Shown here one piece after another: positions 7,047 to 16,240 of a DNA stretch of 34,110 nt. Under the pieces are notes generated by a model. That model was not told where the DNA came from and searched no databases. It saw nothing but the letters and a program-made list of their open reading frames with translations. The translations under genes and the position numbers were made by a program. Source of the stretch: Deltaproteobacteria bacterium (lineage in GTDB: Bacteria > SAR324 > NAC60-12); NCBI GenBank assembly GCA_038150265.1, contig JAYOTF010000037.1:1-34110 (forward strand). The letters run 5' to 3'. Position 1 is the stretch's first letter; every line of letters begins with the position of its first letter.

Positions 7047-8546
7047 ATGTGGAACACAAAGGAAATGGAATTCGAACTCACACGCTGGGAAGCGGCCAAG
7101 CTTCGCCTGCAGGCAATTTTGGGTCAGGACGTTGTCCGTCACTGGCTGGACGACCTTGAGCTGCTCAAGATCACCCCCGGAGCCGTGGTGCTCGGTGGAC
7201 TGAGCCACGAGGTGTACCGCTACGACCTGCGGAGCAACCACGAACCCCTCCTGGCCAGCGTGCTCAATGAGTTCTTCCCGGAACTCGGTCCCTTCCACAA
7301 CAAGACCTTTGAGTACTGCCTGCGCTCGGCACGCCCCGTGACCCGGGTTCCGGAGCGGCAGTCGGCTCAGGCCGAGTTTGCCTTCCCCGACCTCGAAGAG
7401 TGGCACGCTCCAGAAGAGGCGCCGGTTCCGGAAGTGGAGCCCGAAGCCCCGGCTCGGCCAGCCTTTGCCCTGACGCTGGGCGACTTCGTGGTCTGCGAGG
7501 AAAACGAGCTGGCATTCCGCGCAGCAGAATCCATTGTGGCCTCCCCCGGAGACGCCTTCAATCCCCTCATCATTTTTGGCGCTGGTGGCACCGGCAAGAC
7601 GCACCTTCTGCAAGGAATCGCCGATGGCCTGCTGGCCCGCAACCCGGAAAGCCGGGTGCTCTACCTGAGCGGAGACGAGTTCCTCAGTGACTTCGTGCAG
7701 GGCGTTCGCGAGCAACAGATGGGGGAGTTCCGCAAGCGTTACCGTGAAGTGGACGCGCTGCTGCTGGATGAGCTGCAGGTGCTCAAAGGCGCGAAGCAGG
7801 GGCAGGTGGAGCTGGAGCAGACCCTGCAGGCCCTCAAGCGTCAGGGGGCGCAGGTGATCCTGGCAGGAAACCAGGCGCCGGCAGAAATCGATGGCCTGAG
7901 CGAGTCGCTGCGGATGAAGCTGGAAGCCGGGCTGATCGTGGATCTGGGCATCCCGACCGCTGAGGCGCGGTTGCGCATTGCCACCCGCAAGGCCCTGCAG
8001 CGTGGTGTCGAGCTTCCGGGCGAAGTGGCGGAGTACCTGGCCCACAACATTTCGGACAGCCTCGGACGGCTTGATGGCGCCTTGACGCGGCTGGCCGCCC
8101 AGTCGTCGCTGCTTCGGCAACCGATCACCCTCGCCATGGCCCAGCGGGCGCTGGCCAGCTGGATCAATCCTGGCACCTCGCATGCCCTCCGTCCCAGCAA
8201 GCACACCAAGTCGGAGGAGGCGGAAACGATCCTCTACCGCGTTTGCACGATGTTCCAGGTGACCCGCGCCGATCTGCTTTCGACGCAACGGGGAGGACGC
8301 GTCCTCCGGGCCCGCCAGGCCGTGATCCTGCTGCTCAAGGAGCTGACCGCCCTCTCGCTTGCTGAAATCGGAGAGCGCATCGGCCGCAACCACTCCACGG
8401 TGCACAATGCCCTCCGCAAGGCGCAGCAGCAGGTGGAGGAAGACCAGTTCTTCCGCAAACAGGTCGAGGGCCTCCGCAAGGACCTCACCTCCGGCTCGGA
8501 CGAAGAGCAGCGCCTTCCGCTGTTCAATCGCGCCTCCTTGCGCTAA
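7047..8546 (+). CDS. dnaA: DnaA-family AAA+ protein with all four domains; degenerate, probably a second paralog (DnaA2)
   Basis: FVVCEENELAF, FNPLIIFG, Walker A GAGGTGKTHLL, FRKRYREVDALLLDELQ, and domain IV ARQ...SLAEIGERIGRNHSTV. Alternative start ATG 7065. Confidence 0.88.
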   Translation: MWNTKEMEFELTRWEAAKLRLQAILGQDVVRHWLDDLELLKITPGAVVLGGLSHEVYRYDLRSNHEPLLASVLNEFFPELGPFHNKTFEYCLRSARPVTRVPERQSAQAEFAFPDLEEWHAPEEAPVPEVEPEAPARPAFALTLGDFVVCEENELAFRAAESIVASPGDAFNPLIIFGAGGTGKTHLLQGIADGLLARNPESRVLYLSGDEFLSDFVQGVREQQMGEFRKRYREVDALLLDELQVLKGAKQGQVELEQTLQALKRQGAQVILAGNQAPAEIDGLSESLRMKLEAGLIVDLGIPTAEARLRIATRKALQRGVELPGEVAEYLAHNISDSLGRLDGALTRLAAQSSLLRQPITLAMAQRALASWINPGTSHALRPSKHTKSEEAETILYRVCTMFQVTRADLLSTQRGGRVLRARQAVILLLKELTALSLAEIGERIGRNHSTVHNALRKAQQQVEEDQFFRKQVEGLRKDLTSGSDEEQRLPLFNRASLR

Positions 8547-8606
8547 GATGACGCGCTGGCCACCTTCGGCCTCCTGCTTGCTCACCCCGACCCCTCTCCT
8601 TCGCCT

Positions 8607-9599
8607 GTGAAGCTGCTCATCCGGACCCCCAACTGGCTCGGGGACCTGCTGATGTCTACGGCCTTCATCCGGGCCGTCCTCCAGACCTTCCCGGAGGCCA
8701 CCGTGGACCTGATTGTCCGGAAGGGCTTTGAAGACCTCCCGCTTCCAAGGCGAGGACGGATTCATGCCTTTGACAAGACAGCCACCGCTGCAGGCGCCTT
8801 TGGAGCGACCCTGCAGGCCGAGCAGTACGACCGCGTCTATGTGCTTCCTCCCAGCTTTTCGGCCGCGTGGATGGCCTTTCGTGCCCGGATTCCCGAGCGC
8901 TACGGCCTCGCTGGCGAGGGACGACGCTGGCTCCTGAAGCCGGCCCTGACGCTGCCGTGGACGCCCCGGAGCCAGCACCTCATTGAGGAGTACGCCTGCC
9001 TGCTCGGACAGTCTGCAGAAGGCTGGGAGGCTGGGCTGGACCTCACGGAAGACTGGCTGGCGCAACAGGCCCTGCCCTTTGGACTCCCGGACCGCTTTGT
9101 CGCCATTGCTGCAGGAGCGATCTACGGTCCTGCGAAGGAGTGGCCAGCAGAGCACTTCCAGGCCGTGGTGCAGGCCCTGGTCGCTGCCGGGTGGCCGGTG
9201 CTGATTCTGGGAACCGACAAGGACCACGAACAGGGAGAGGCCATTCGGCAGGGGCACGAGCAGGTGATCAACGCCTGTGGGCAAACGAACCTCAAGCAGC
9301 TGGTCCGGATCCTTGCTCAGGCCGAGTTGCTGATCAGCAACGACTCCGGAGCCATGCACGTCATGGCCGCGCTCCGACGTCCCCAGATCGCCCTCTTTGG
9401 GTCCACCTCTCCCACCTGGACCCGCCCCCTCAATGCACAGGCACGATTGCTCAGCCTGAACCTCGACTGCAGCCCCTGCTTCGCCCGGACCTGTCCGCTG
9501 GGGCACACCAACTGCCTCCAGCAGCTGCTTCCGGAACGCGTTCTGGCGGTTGCTCAGGAGCTGCTCGGCCCTCCTCCGGCCTCTGACTCTGCCGGTTAG
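8607..9599 (+). CDS. waaF: Lipopolysaccharide heptosyltransferase II (GT9)
   Basis: PNWLGDLLM, GAIYGPAKEWP, SNDSGAMHVMAAL, LFGSTSP, CSPCFARTCPLGHTNCL. GTG start. Confidence 0.92.
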   Translation: MKLLIRTPNWLGDLLMSTAFIRAVLQTFPEATVDLIVRKGFEDLPLPRRGRIHAFDKTATAAGAFGATLQAEQYDRVYVLPPSFSAAWMAFRARIPERYGLAGEGRRWLLKPALTLPWTPRSQHLIEEYACLLGQSAEGWEAGLDLTEDWLAQQALPFGLPDRFVAIAAGAIYGPAKEWPAEHFQAVVQALVAAGWPVLILGTDKDHEQGEAIRQGHEQVINACGQTNLKQLVRILAQAELLISNDSGAMHVMAALRRPQIALFGSTSPTWTRPLNAQARLLSLNLDCSPCFARTCPLGHTNCLQQLLPERVLAVAQELLGPPPASDSAG

Positions 9600-9623
9600 C
9601 ACCGCCCCCGGTGTCTTTCTGGA

Positions 9624-9652
9624 TTGAGCCTGACCGGATTCCCCAGTAAACT
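9624..9652 (+). promoter_or_regulatory. Putative sigma70 promoter for the lysS operon
   Basis: TTGAGC-17 bp-TAAACT, 36 nt upstream of the lysS ATG. Confidence 0.5.
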
Positions 9653-9688
9653 GCCCTATTTTGCTTTCACTGCTGGCGAACCACACAC

Positions 9689-11191
9689 ATGACCACCGAC
9701 ACATCTGACGCACAATCGGTGCGGCTGGAAAAGCTTGCCCGGATCCGTGACCTGGGCGTGGAACCGTACCCGTATGCTTTTGAAAACACCCACACGATTC
9801 CGGAGCTGCTGACGCAGGGCGAGGCGTTGCTGGAGGCGGAGACGCCGGTTCGGCTGTCAGGGCGCCTGATGGCGGTTCGGGGGAAGGGGAAGGCCATTTT
9901 CGGAAACATCCAGGCTCAGCATGAACGCCTGCAGGTGTACGTCCGGCTGGACGCGGTGGGCGAGACGGCCTTCCGGGTGTTTGAGCTGTGTGACCTGGGC
10001 GACCACGTGGGCTTCGTGGGCACCATGATGAAGACGAAGACCGGCGAGCTGACCCTCCGGGCGCAGGAAGTCACGCTGCTGTCCAAGGCGATTCGGGCCA
10101 TGCCGGTGCCCAAGGTGGAGGAACGCGACGGCGTCCGGGTGGTGCACGATGAGGTCACCGACAAGGAATTCCGCTACCGTCAGCGGTACGTTGACCTCAA
10201 CCTCAATCCGGAGGTGGCCCGGGTGTTCCGGCAACGGACCCGGATCTACCACACCATCCGGAACTACCTGGTCGAGGAAGGCTTCCTGGAGGTGGAAACC
10301 CCGACGCTGCAGCCCGTTTATGGAGGCGCCAACGCCACCCCCTTCACGACGCACCACAAGGCGCTGGACCAGACCTTCTACCTCCGGATTGCCAACGAGC
10401 TTTACCTCAAGCGCCTCATCGTTGGGGGCTTCGATGGGGTCTTCGAGTTCGTCAAGAACTTCCGGAACGAGGGCATCGACCGGACCCACAATCCCGAGTT
10501 TTCCGCGCTTGAGTTCTATCAGGCCAATGTGGACTACACGGAAATGATGCGGCACACCGAGGAAATCTACTCGCGGTGCGCGGTTGCCCTGCATGGACGT
10601 CCGCAGTTTGAGTACGACGGCAAGACGATTGACGTCAGCGCTCCATGGAAGCGCCTGTCGATGACCGAAGCCATTGAGACCCTCGGCGGCATCCCCATTT
10701 CAGGGATGAGCGATGCAGAGCTGCAGAACCTGCTGCAGGAGCGGGGCTGGAAGCTTGAAGGCGCCTGGAACCGGGGCCTGGCCACGCAGCGGGTGTTCGA
10801 AGAGACCTGTGAGGATCAGCTGATTCAGCCCACCTTCATTACCGATCACCCCAAGGAAACCAGCCCGCTCTGCAAGGCCCACCGCGAGAATCCGGACCTC
10901 ATTGAGCGCTTTGAGGCCTTCATCAACGGCTGGGAAATTGCCAATGCCTACTCTGAGCTGAATGACCCCGTGCGGCAACGGCAGCTGATGGAAGAGCAGG
11001 TGGAGCGCGGACGGGGCGGAGAAGCGGAGACGCACCCGCTGGATGAAGACTTCATCCGCGCCATCGAATATGGCATGCCGCCCACGGGCGGAATCGGTTT
11101 TGGCCTGGACCGGATGGTCATGCTCCTGACCGGGCAGTACACCATCCGAGACGTCATTCTCTTTCCCACCATGAGACCGGAGCACGGATGA
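9689..11191 (+). CDS. lysS: Lysine--tRNA ligase (class II)
   Basis: RYRQRYVDL, FLEVETP, YLRIANELYLKRLIVGG, FRNEGID..HNPEF, EYGMPPTGGIGFGLDR. Confidence 0.97.
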   Translation: MTTDTSDAQSVRLEKLARIRDLGVEPYPYAFENTHTIPELLTQGEALLEAETPVRLSGRLMAVRGKGKAIFGNIQAQHERLQVYVRLDAVGETAFRVFELCDLGDHVGFVGTMMKTKTGELTLRAQEVTLLSKAIRAMPVPKVEERDGVRVVHDEVTDKEFRYRQRYVDLNLNPEVARVFRQRTRIYHTIRNYLVEEGFLEVETPTLQPVYGGANATPFTTHHKALDQTFYLRIANELYLKRLIVGGFDGVFEFVKNFRNEGIDRTHNPEFSALEFYQANVDYTEMMRHTEEIYSRCAVALHGRPQFEYDGKTIDVSAPWKRLSMTEAIETLGGIPISGMSDAELQNLLQERGWKLEGAWNRGLATQRVFEETCEDQLIQPTFITDHPKETSPLCKAHRENPDLIERFEAFINGWEIANAYSELNDPVRQRQLMEEQVERGRGGEAETHPLDEDFIRAIEYGMPPTGGIGFGLDRMVMLLTGQYTIRDVILFPTMRPEHG

Positions 11192-12168
11192 CTGAAATGC
11201 CCCGAATTTCCTGGCAGGACCTGCCGCGCCCGATCATGTGCCTTGCGCCCATGGACGGGGTCACCAACACCGCTTACCGGCAGATCGTCCGGAGGTTCTC
11301 TCCGAATGTGATCCTCTTCAGCGAGTTCACCAACGTGGACGGAATCCTCCGCAGCGACCGCGTCCGGCAGCGGCTGGACTACGACCCCTGTGAGCATCCC
11401 TTCCTCATGCAGCTGTTCGGGAACAGTCCGGAGAGCTTTGCCGAAGTCTCCCGGATGGTTGAAGACCGGGGCATCTTCGGGGTGGACATCAACATGGGGT
11501 GCCCCTCCAAGAAGATCGTGCACTCCCAACACGGGAGCGCCCTGATGAAGGACCCGGGCACCGCCTGCCGCATCATTGAGTCCATCCGCAAGGCCTGCTC
11601 CCTCGAGGTCTCGGTGAAGACCCGGCTCGGATGGAGCGATGCCTCGGAACTGATTCCCTTTGCGAAAGCCCTGGAGTCGGCCGGAGCGTCCATGCTCACC
11701 ATCCACGGGCGGACCTACAACCAGGCCTTCCGGGGGGAAGCCGACTGGAACCCGATCTATGATTTGAAAAATAATATACAAATTCCGTTGATCGGAAACG
11801 GGGACGTGCAGGACTATGCCGACGGGCTGCAGCGTCAGGGCAACCTGGATGGCTTCATGATCGGCCGGGCCGCGATCGGCAACCCGTGGTGCTTCCGGGA
11901 ATCGGAGCAGGCCGCCGAGCCGACGCTGGACGAACGCATCACCGTCACACGCGATCACTACCACCTGCTCCGGGAGATCCGAGAGGAGCGACACGCGGTG
12001 AAGGAGATCCGCAAGTACCTGGGCGGGTACCTGAGCAACTTCCGGCAGGCCAAGGAGTGGCGGACTGCGCTGATGGCCTGCACCTCGGAAGCCTCGCTTC
12101 TCGACACCCTGAAAGCCCTGGAGCAGGGAGAGGAACCGCCTCGGGAAAGCTTCCTCAAGGCAGCGTGA
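11188..12168 (+). CDS. dusB: tRNA dihydrouridine synthase (DusB-like)
   Basis: LAPMDGVT, DINMGCP, SVKTRLG, TIHGRT, IGNGDV, MIGRAAIGNPW. ATGA overlap with lysS. Confidence 0.9.
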   Translation: MTEMPRISWQDLPRPIMCLAPMDGVTNTAYRQIVRRFSPNVILFSEFTNVDGILRSDRVRQRLDYDPCEHPFLMQLFGNSPESFAEVSRMVEDRGIFGVDINMGCPSKKIVHSQHGSALMKDPGTACRIIESIRKACSLEVSVKTRLGWSDASELIPFAKALESAGASMLTIHGRTYNQAFRGEADWNPIYDLKNNIQIPLIGNGDVQDYADGLQRQGNLDGFMIGRAAIGNPWCFRESEQAAEPTLDERITVTRDHYHLLREIREERHAVKEIRKYLGGYLSNFRQAKEWRTALMACTSEASLLDTLKALEQGEEPPRESFLKAA

Positions 12169-13073
12169 TGTTTCGTCGCTGCAGCCAGTGCTTTGATCGT
12201 CTGGCCCGCGAGGAGGTGGTTCATGCGCTTGAGCACTTCATGGTCCGCTTTGCCCTCCTGGCCTTTCTGCTGCACCTCCTGGCCATTGGGGTCAACCGGG
12301 GCTTTCCCGGGCTCCCGGTGCTGCCCAAGGTGGTGGGCACCAACTTCTTTGAGGCCATCCACACGCCCTTTGGCTTCATCCTGTTTTATGAGGTCTGCCT
12401 GCTGGTGCTGATGGTGCCCCGGTCCCTGACGCTGTCGATGGGCAAGCAGTACGAGATCCTCTCGCTGATCTACATCCGAGGCGTGTTCAAGGACATGAGC
12501 CGGCTGGAGCACACGAAGCTCGGGTTTTCCGACCTCGAAGCCCTGCAGCCGATCCTCTTCGACATGACGGGCGGGCTCCTGATGTTTGGGCTGGTGGCGC
12601 TGTACTACCGCCTCAGCGGCGCCCGGAACCTCCCGGAGCGGGTCTATCCTTCGCTGGCTCGCTTCATTGAGCTGAAGAAGACGCTGGCGCTGCTGCTGAT
12701 TGCAACGCTGCTGCTGCTGGCCATCAGCAACCTCTGGGAAGCCTGGGTGCATCACCTGGCGATTCCGGAGAGCTCCGACGAGTATGGGCACCTGCCGCAC
12801 ACCGACTTCTACACCAACTTCTTTTCGATGATGGTCTTTGCCGACATCTTCTTGCTGGTGGTGTCCTTTCTGTACTCTGACGACTATGAACTGATTTTCC
12901 GGAACGCGGGCTTTGTCACCTCCACGGTGCTGATCCGCTTTTCGTTTGTGGCTGAGAAGCCGCTGGACCTTGCCTTTGCACTGGTGGCCATCGTCTTCGG
13001 CCTCTGTGTCCTGGCCATCTACCAGCACTTCCGCAAGAAGTTGCCGCTGGTGGAGGAGGCGCCTCCGAAATGA
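12168..13073 (+). CDS. Uncharacterised multi-pass membrane protein
   Basis: TGATG coupling to the dus stop and about 8 hydrophobic helices. Motifs IHTPFGFIL.YE, GKQYEILSLI..R..FKD, IFRNAGFV.ST.LIR. Confidence 0.8.
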   Translation: MFRRCSQCFDRLAREEVVHALEHFMVRFALLAFLLHLLAIGVNRGFPGLPVLPKVVGTNFFEAIHTPFGFILFYEVCLLVLMVPRSLTLSMGKQYEILSLIYIRGVFKDMSRLEHTKLGFSDLEALQPILFDMTGGLLMFGLVALYYRLSGARNLPERVYPSLARFIELKKTLALLLIATLLLLAISNLWEAWVHHLAIPESSDEYGHLPHTDFYTNFFSMMVFADIFLLVVSFLYSDDYELIFRNAGFVTSTVLIRFSFVAEKPLDLAFALVAIVFGLCVLAIYQHFRKKLPLVEEAPPK

Positions 13074-13093
13074 AGGCATCCGGGCTTCTCATC

Positions 13094-13122
13094 TTGATTC
13101 ATCTGGTCAAGCTCCCTATACT
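13094..13122 (+). promoter_or_regulatory. Putative sigma70 promoter of sucD
   Basis: TTGATT-17 bp-TATACT. Confidence 0.65.
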
Positions 13123-13172
13123 TGCGCGATCAGAGCGAACCCCGCAGTGAACATCCATTAACAGGAACCCCC

Positions 13173-14045
13173 ATGAGCGTATTGATCGACAAAGGCACCC
13201 GTTTGCTGGTCCAAGGCATTACCGGCTCCCAAGGCATGCTCCACACCCGTGGCTGCCGGGACTATGGCACAAACGTGGTGGCTGGGGTGACCCCCGGCAA
13301 GGGGGGGCAGGACTTTGAAGGCGTCCCGATCTTCAACACCGTTCAGGAAGCGGTGGACGCCACCGAGGCGAACGCGACCATGATCTTTGTTCCCCCGCCC
13401 TTTGCGGCCGATGCCATCATTGAAGCGGCAGCGGCCCGGATTCCTCTGATTGTGGCCATCACCGAAGGCATTCCGGTGGTGGACATGATCCGAGCCACCC
13501 ACTTTGTGCGCCGTCAGGGCCTGCGCCTCATTGGTCCCAACTGCCCCGGAGTCATCACCCCCGGACAGTGCAAGATCGGCATCATGCCCGGCATGATCCA
13601 CAATCCGGGCAGCATCGGTGTGGTGTCTCGCTCCGGAACCCTGACCTACGAAGCAGTAGGACAGCTGACCCGTGCCGGGCTGGGACAGTCCAGCTGCATT
13701 GGCATTGGTGGAGACCCGGTGAACGGCACCAACTTCATCGACTGCCTGCAGATGTTCCAGGATGATCCGGAAACGGAAGCCATTGTGATGATTGGCGAAA
13801 TTGGGGGCGATGCCGAAGAGCAGGCTGCTGCGTTTGCCAAGGCCAATGTCACCAAGCCGATTGTGAGCTTCATTGCAGGCCAGACGGCACCTCCGGGACG
13901 CCGGATGGGGCACGCCGGGGCAATCATCTCCGGAGGCCACGGAACCGCTTCTGAAAAGATGAAGGCTCTGACCAACGCAGGCATCCACGTGGTCCCCACT
14001 CCGGCGGACATCGGCGACAAGATGCTGGAAGTCCTCGGACGCTAA
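13173..14045 (+). CDS. sucD: Succinate--CoA ligase alpha subunit
   Basis: MSVLID...[43 protein letters not shown] (phospho-His). AGGA RBS. Confidence 0.97.
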   Translation: MSVLIDKGTRLLVQGITGSQGMLHTRGCRDYGTNVVAGVTPGKGGQDFEGVPIFNTVQEAVDATEANATMIFVPPPFAADAIIEAAAARIPLIVAITEGIPVVDMIRATHFVRRQGLRLIGPNCPGVITPGQCKIGIMPGMIHNPGSIGVVSRSGTLTYEAVGQLTRAGLGQSSCIGIGGDPVNGTNFIDCLQMFQDDPETEAIVMIGEIGGDAEEQAAAFAKANVTKPIVSFIAGQTAPPGRRMGHAGAIISGGHGTASEKMKALTNAGIHVVPTPADIGDKMLEVLGR

Positions 14046-14104
14046 CCCCCTCCTCCTGACGACCGGGGCCCTCTGCTCCGGTCCGACTCCCTTCAGGATC
14101 CGCC

Positions 14105-14677
14105 ATGTCTCACGTCATTGATTTCTACTTTGACATCGTCAGTCCCTACACCTACGTTGCGTCCGAAGAGATTGAGGCGCTCGCTGAGCGGTGTCAGGCC
14201 TCGGTCACCTGGAAGCCGATTTTCCTCGGCGGCCTGTTCAAGTCGCTCAACAACCCCAACGTCTTTGGGTCGGTTCCGCAAAAGGTTCCGTACCTGAAGA
14301 AGGACATGGAGCGCCTCACGCGCTTCCGGAACCTGCCGTATCGGTTTCCGGACACCTTTCCCGTGAACACGATTCTGGCACAACGGGCGCTGATGGTGCT
14401 TCCGGAAGCCCAGCGTCCTGCAGCAGCGCATCAGCTGTTCCGGGCCTTTTGGGCAGAAGGCAAAGACGTGACGGATCCGGAGGTGGTGGCTGCCGCAACG
14501 GGAGCCGACGCGGTGGCCCAGGCCGGAACGGTGGGGAAACCGGCGTTGCTGGAAATGACGCAAGAGGCCATGGACCGCGGAGCCTTTGGGCTGCCAGCCT
14601 TCTTTGTGGGAGATGAGCTGTTCTTTGGGCACGACCGCCTGGACCTGCTGGAAGCCTTCCTGCAGGGAAAGCTCTGA
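14105..14677 (+). CDS. 2-hydroxychromene-2-carboxylate isomerase / kappa-GST, DsbA family
   Basis: IDFYFDIVSPYTY, WKPIFLGGLF, FPVNT, RGAFGLPAFFVGDELFFGHDRL. Confidence 0.9.
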   Translation: MSHVIDFYFDIVSPYTYVASEEIEALAERCQASVTWKPIFLGGLFKSLNNPNVFGSVPQKVPYLKKDMERLTRFRNLPYRFPDTFPVNTILAQRALMVLPEAQRPAAAHQLFRAFWAEGKDVTDPEVVAAATGADAVAQAGTVGKPALLEMTQEAMDRGAFGLPAFFVGDELFFGHDRLDLLEAFLQGKL

Positions 14678-14678
14678 C

Positions 14679-15455
14679 ATGAAGCCACTCATCGGAGTCC
14701 TGCTGAGCCTCCTGCTGCTGGGCGGAGGGGTTCAGGCTCAGGAGAAGCGTGGAAACCAGAAGATCTACAAGCTGGACCAGGCGCTGCGGCTGAGCCGGTA
14801 TGTCTACGAAAACCACCCCTTCACGCTCTTCTGTGGCTGCACCTTTGTGCAGGGTCGCCTCAGCAGCGACCGCTGTGGCTACGTGCCTCAGCAGCGAAAC
14901 TTTCGGGCCACTCAGGTGGACTTCCGTCCCCTCATTCCTCCGGAGCGCTACGGCCCCAACTTCCCGGAGTGGGCAGGGGATCCCTCCTGCAAGGACGCTC
15001 AGGGACGTCGCTACGACGGAATCCGCTGTGCGGCCGAGCGCAACCCGGAGTTTGCCCGCATGGCGTCTGATCTCTACAACTGGTTTCCGATTGAAAGCGA
15101 GCTGGAACGCCTGCGCCTGGGGTCGCGGATCCGCGAGGTGCCCGGTGAGCCGCGCCTGTTTGGAGACTGTGATGTGGAGTTGGAATCAGGGGTGCTGGAA
15201 CCGCGGACCGACGTCCGGGGAGACATTGCCCGGACCTTCCTGTACATGGACCTTTCGTATCCGATGCACGCCTTCATGACGGTTGAGCAGCGCCGCGCCA
15301 TGGAGTCCTGGAACCGCGAGGATCCGGTGGACGAGTGGGAGTGTGAGCGCGCCCGGCGCATTGCCCGGACTCAGGGGAACCCGAACGTCTTTGTGGAAGA
15401 CGCCTGCCATGAGGCCCGCCTGCAGGGACTGGTGGCACCGCTGCCGATCCGCTGA
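14679..15455 (+). CDS. Secreted endonuclease I (EndA/Vvn) family protein, catalytic residues apparently lost
   Basis: Signal peptide, TLFCGC, DLYN, FGDCD, EPRTDVRGDIARTFLYM, WNREDPVDEWECER, QGNPNVFV. The EWEH motif is replaced by DFRP. Confidence 0.88.
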   Translation: MKPLIGVLLSLLLLGGGVQAQEKRGNQKIYKLDQALRLSRYVYENHPFTLFCGCTFVQGRLSSDRCGYVPQQRNFRATQVDFRPLIPPERYGPNFPEWAGDPSCKDAQGRRYDGIRCAAERNPEFARMASDLYNWFPIESELERLRLGSRIREVPGEPRLFGDCDVELESGVLEPRTDVRGDIARTFLYMDLSYPMHAFMTVEQRRAMESWNREDPVDEWECERARRIARTQGNPNVFVEDACHEARLQGLVAPLPIR

Positions 15456-15458
15456 CGC

Positions 15459-16214
15459 TCAGGCGAGCAGCCCCCCATCGACGACAAATTCGGCTCCGGA
15501 GGTATAAGACGAGGCCTCCGACGCCAGGTAGAGGACGATGCCGGTCATCTCCTCCGGTTGCGCAATGCGTCGGAGCGGAATCTGGGGCAGCGCCTCTTGC
15601 CGGAACTGTTCATTTTGCACCAGGGCGGAGGCAAATTTGGTGTCGGTCACTCCCGGAAGCAAGGCGTTGACCCGAATGCCATGGGGCCCCAGCTCCTTGG
15701 CCAGCCCCTGGGTCATGGAGACAATCCCCGCTTTGGTGAGCGAGTAGACGCACTGCCCCACCATGGGGCGCCGGGCGTTCACGGAGGCGACATTGATGAT
15801 GGAGCCCTGCCCCTGCTTCAGCATCAGCCGAGCGCCCTGCTGGCTCATGAAGAAGTACCCCTTCAGGTTGACGTCCACCGTCTTGTCCCAGACACTTTCC
15901 GTGACCTCCAGCGCTGGACCATAAAAGGGATTGGTCGCCGCATTGTTGACCAGCACATCCAGGCGTCCGTACTGACGTTCGACCTGCTCGAAGAGGCGTG
16001 TGACCTGATCGAGGTCACCGTTGTGGCAGGCGAAGCCCTCGGCCTGGCCGCCGGACTCCCGGATGGACGCCGCAACGGCCTCAGCGCCTTCCGCCTGACG
16101 ACTGGTGAGCAGCACCTGGGCGCCGGCAGTGGCCAGGGTCCGGGCGATGGCCTCACCGATGCCGCGGCTGCCTCCGGACACCACCGCCACTTTTCCTGCT
16201 AACGAAAACTCCAT
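15459..16214 (-). CDS. Short-chain dehydrogenase/reductase (DHRS4-like SDR)
   Basis: SGGSRGIG, VNNAATNP, YSLTK (YxxxK), IRVNALLPG, VVDGG. GGAGGAG RBS before ATG 16214. Confidence 0.93.
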   Translation of the reverse strand: MEFSLAGKVAVVSGGSRGIGEAIARTLATAGAQVLLTSRQAEGAEAVAASIRESGGQAEGFACHNGDLDQVTRLFEQVERQYGRLDVLVNNAATNPFYGPALEVTESVWDKTVDVNLKGYFFMSQQGARLMLKQGQGSIINVASVNARRPMVGQCVYSLTKAGIVSMTQGLAKELGPHGIRVNALLPGVTDTKFASALVQNEQFRQEALPQIPLRRIAQPEEMTGIVLYLASEASSYTSGAEFVVDGGLLA

Positions 16215-16240
16215 TTCTCCTCCTTGGTTCATCAGTCGGG

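Noticed and set aside
7020..9713. 897-aa minus-strand ORF
   Set aside because: Antisense shadow of the dnaA-like gene and waaF. Long open antisense frames are expected from GC-rich codon bias, and it has no motifs.
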